Made by a program: the position numbers and the translations under genes. Below, piece by piece: positions 61,301 to 64,000 of a stretch of 64,000 nt of DNA. The stretch lies in contig OZ281497.1 of NCBI GenBank assembly GCA_965637545.1, positions 14,818,001 to 14,882,000 of the forward strand, in the 5' to 3' direction. The DNA comes from Phallusia mammillata (taxonomy: Eukaryota). The notes below the pieces were generated by a model. It saw only the letters and a program-made list of their open reading frames with translations. It did not search any database and had not been told where the DNA came from. How positions within the stretch are numbered: position 1 is the stretch's first letter; every line of letters starts with the position of its first letter.

Positions 61301-63807
61301 CAGCGGCAAATGAAACCCGCCTATCAAACCTATTCTGATGCTGTTGCTGATTCGAAGTAGATCGGTTGGCTTCTGATCGTTCGTCGACAGATCCCAGTAG
61401 CTTTGGATGGACGTGTCCGGTCAACTTCATGCTTTTCGCCGCTTCCTGACGCATCGCTTCAAGCTCTTCTCTGCTCACGTCGTCATCTACAAACCACCCA
61501 CAACAACTATTTGGTTAAACCGCCGCTTGAAGTACTGGAATGTGATGCTTATTTCTTTGCAACCGTCGCGTAGCAAGTTCCATCTGTTACAGTCACGACT
61601 TTTGCTATCTGACCATGTTTGGATGAAAGACGTGAATTACAAAGCTATAGCTATTCATTGTAGTTTTATTTCGCTTGGGTTTGACCTAATTATGGGTCAC
61701 GACGCATCCAACATAAAGGGTAAATTTCCATGTATATGAATATAGTCCAATCAGCACCCAAGCTATCATACAATAGAACTATGTACCGCGACCAAGTGAA
61801 TAATCTGCTGTACAGTTTATGATACGTACATTTATACACAGAACACGTCCTACAACATAATACAACAACATACGTTTCCCTTCTGTCCCCTCGACATGAT
61901 CCGCTTCGCTTGCAACCTGCTTGCCCGGCAGTGAATCTTGCGTGACTCGAAGTAGTTGCGAGAGTTCGAGACTTCCCGTTTCGTTCGCGGCCAATCGACT
62001 TCTCTTTGTGAGCGATTGTGCTGTGAACGGTCGCCCGGGAAAGGCGCCATCATGTGAACCGTTTGCCGCACTAGTGGTCCGCGACCTGCACACAGCGTTG
62101 CGGTATAAGATGGTAAACATAGCTCAAAGGACGTTCTCTACTGTAAAAATGATTAATTAACAGCACACTGACTTAAACCAGCACCATCCAGTCAAAAAGA
62201 AAGTAATGTGAAATAAAGACGTGGACATGTTGTTTCGTATAAGCATTCTATCAAAGCTATTTGATTTTTAGCAAACAAAACTATTAAAAAAGATTCGAGT
62301 TCATTAACTATTTTACATGAATGGAAACATTTGATTACAGTCAACAACGTGTTTTGGGCACATTACTTTCTCTCTTCAAAGTCAACGTCGCGTTGTATTG
62401 TGTGCGAACGGACACAAAGCGCAAGTAACAACAGACAGACGTACTTGGCTGATCTCGGCGGCGTTGTTATAGTCGATTCGCATCCTTTTGATGGAGCGGT
62501 GAGATCAAGATCTTTGTCGACCCGAGACATTGTCGAGTGGGGTCGGTAACCGCTGTTTGTAAGATGGACGAAACCGACAGGAAGTTGATCGTAAGACAGA
62601 AGTTTATGAAACACCACGGGCAAGGAGTCGTTTTCACCCTGTTGTAAGTAAAGTATGTTAAACGCTTTGCGTGGTTCTATCCCAACAACAGATTTTTTAC
62701 ACGGTGTGATAATGAAAAAATGCCAAATGTGAAACTTCGCACACATTGTAATAAAAGTACTCCAGCAGCATGTGTATTAAAGCTGCTGATTGCAATAACC
62801 TGTTGAAAACTTACAACATTGATGAGGTTTACTTACCAAGTTACTTATGGTACCATTTTTCGCTTTGGTTTCAATCACCCTTGCGTCGTTTTGTTTTAGT
62901 TGCTCATCCCACGACAGAGGAAAAACTGTACCATCTGCAATCTCCGCAACACGTTTCGACTTTTTGCGCTGTAAATCTTCCCTCATCTTTCTCCACTTTT
63001 CCTTTGAAATCCAAAAGGATGGTGACGCTTCCTTCAGCAATTTCCAAACCGATTCGTCAGCCACAAGTTCCATGTCGCTGTTCTTGGCGTTCTTCACATT
63101 TCGAGCAATATCAGCTAACAAGGCTGAGAGATTGCCTGAACTCGTTGAGGTCGACGGCGAGTTTGCCACATACGGATTTTCGCCGTTCGCTACTCCGACG
63201 AAGCGAAGTAAAGTAAATTTACGGTCTTCCTCTTGGGGTGTGTCGGCATTTTCGGGTTTGTGGTCTTGCATTTTGTCATCGCTTCCCAACTCCGACTCCG
63301 CCTTTTCCTCCTCTACTGATTCTATAGAGTCTCCTTTTCCTGATGAACTGGCTTTGTCTTCTCTATAAATCAACATAATGTGGCGTAATATTTTAAACAA
63401 CCATGACACATATACAGTAGTTATAACACAACTAGCAAAGTTTAGAGCAAAATTATATTTGTGAAAATCCCCTTTTATACAGCTTTATTAACAAATGTTA
63501 CGTTTTCGCGTCACTTGTGAAGTCTGTTTGTTGATTTTCTTCGTCATCCCATGAAATGTCATCATTACCTGTTGCGGTTCCATTTTGAGATTTCTTGACA
63601 ACCTGTCGTAATACAATTGTTGCTTACAGTTGTTGCAATTTTTAAACACGAATATCACAAAGACACGAAAATGTATATTCACCTTCATCGAGTCCGAAAC
63701 AACATTTCCGTTGACACCGATTCTTATTCCTGCTTTAGACTGCAACTGATTGATTACTGTTTCACTAACTCGTGATTCAATGTTGTAGTAATCATCAGCA
63801 TGTTTTT
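58371..63807 (-). CDS. Uncharacterised large low-complexity protein; 5'-partial, continues beyond base 64000
   Basis: 11 exons keep one frame for about 1,130 codons: 63807-63683, 63602-63502, 63362-62837, 62638-62445, 62085-61874, 61486-61330, 61255-61172, 61001-60908, 60833-60551, 60252-59134, 58876-58371. Rich in S, T, G, N, D and E. No domain recognised. Confidence 0.8.
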
Positions 63808-64000
63808 CTAGAAAATATACAAATTCTGTTTTCCAATGGCTCAAACCATATTCACCCATCCAGCCTTTCAACCAGTTTGTAAAATAGGAAAATATTAAAA
63901 AGTTGGTTAATATTTAACCTAATTTGCGTCTTAGCCTGTACATAAAGCAAACACCTGTGAACGATGTTAAGATCGGTTGTTGTTTGGACGGATCTTTGCC

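Noticed and set aside
62847-63368. 173-aa plus-strand ORF and similar antisense ORFs
   Set aside because: Antisense shadows of real minus-strand exons.

Overview
AT-rich, intron-containing eukaryotic DNA with short GT-AG introns. It is most consistent with a compact invertebrate chordate genome such as an ascidian, but the species cannot be fixed from sequence alone. I spliced seven protein-coding loci by hand, each keeping an open frame across every junction. (1) A secreted protein of at least 995 aa with at least 5 tandem Met/His-type DOMON domains (minus strand, runs off the left end). (2) POLR2E/RPB5. (3) A 3-exon, 209-aa orphan secreted protein convergent with POLR2E. (4) A kinesin-13 KIF2 gene with a candidate 393-nt cassette exon at the end of the motor domain. 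(5) A 93-aa intronless protein with an N-terminal MG..C lipidation motif and a C-terminal AKAP-type amphipathic helix. (6) A TESK kinase with DLG in place of DFG. (7) The 3' part (about 1,130 aa) of a large, mostly disordered, unrecognised gene (minus strand, runs off the right end). Non-coding features include at least 7 hAT-type MITEs with 8-bp target-site duplications (TSDs), a probable non-autonomous Helentron, a nested inverted repeat, a TGACGTCA cluster and a sharp CpG-poor to CpG-rich boundary inside TESK. No rRNA, tRNA or CRISPR was found. The strongest leads are the multi-heme DOMON array and the small lipid-anchored AKAP-like protein. All homology statements come from motif recognition and recalled family knowledge, not from database searches.
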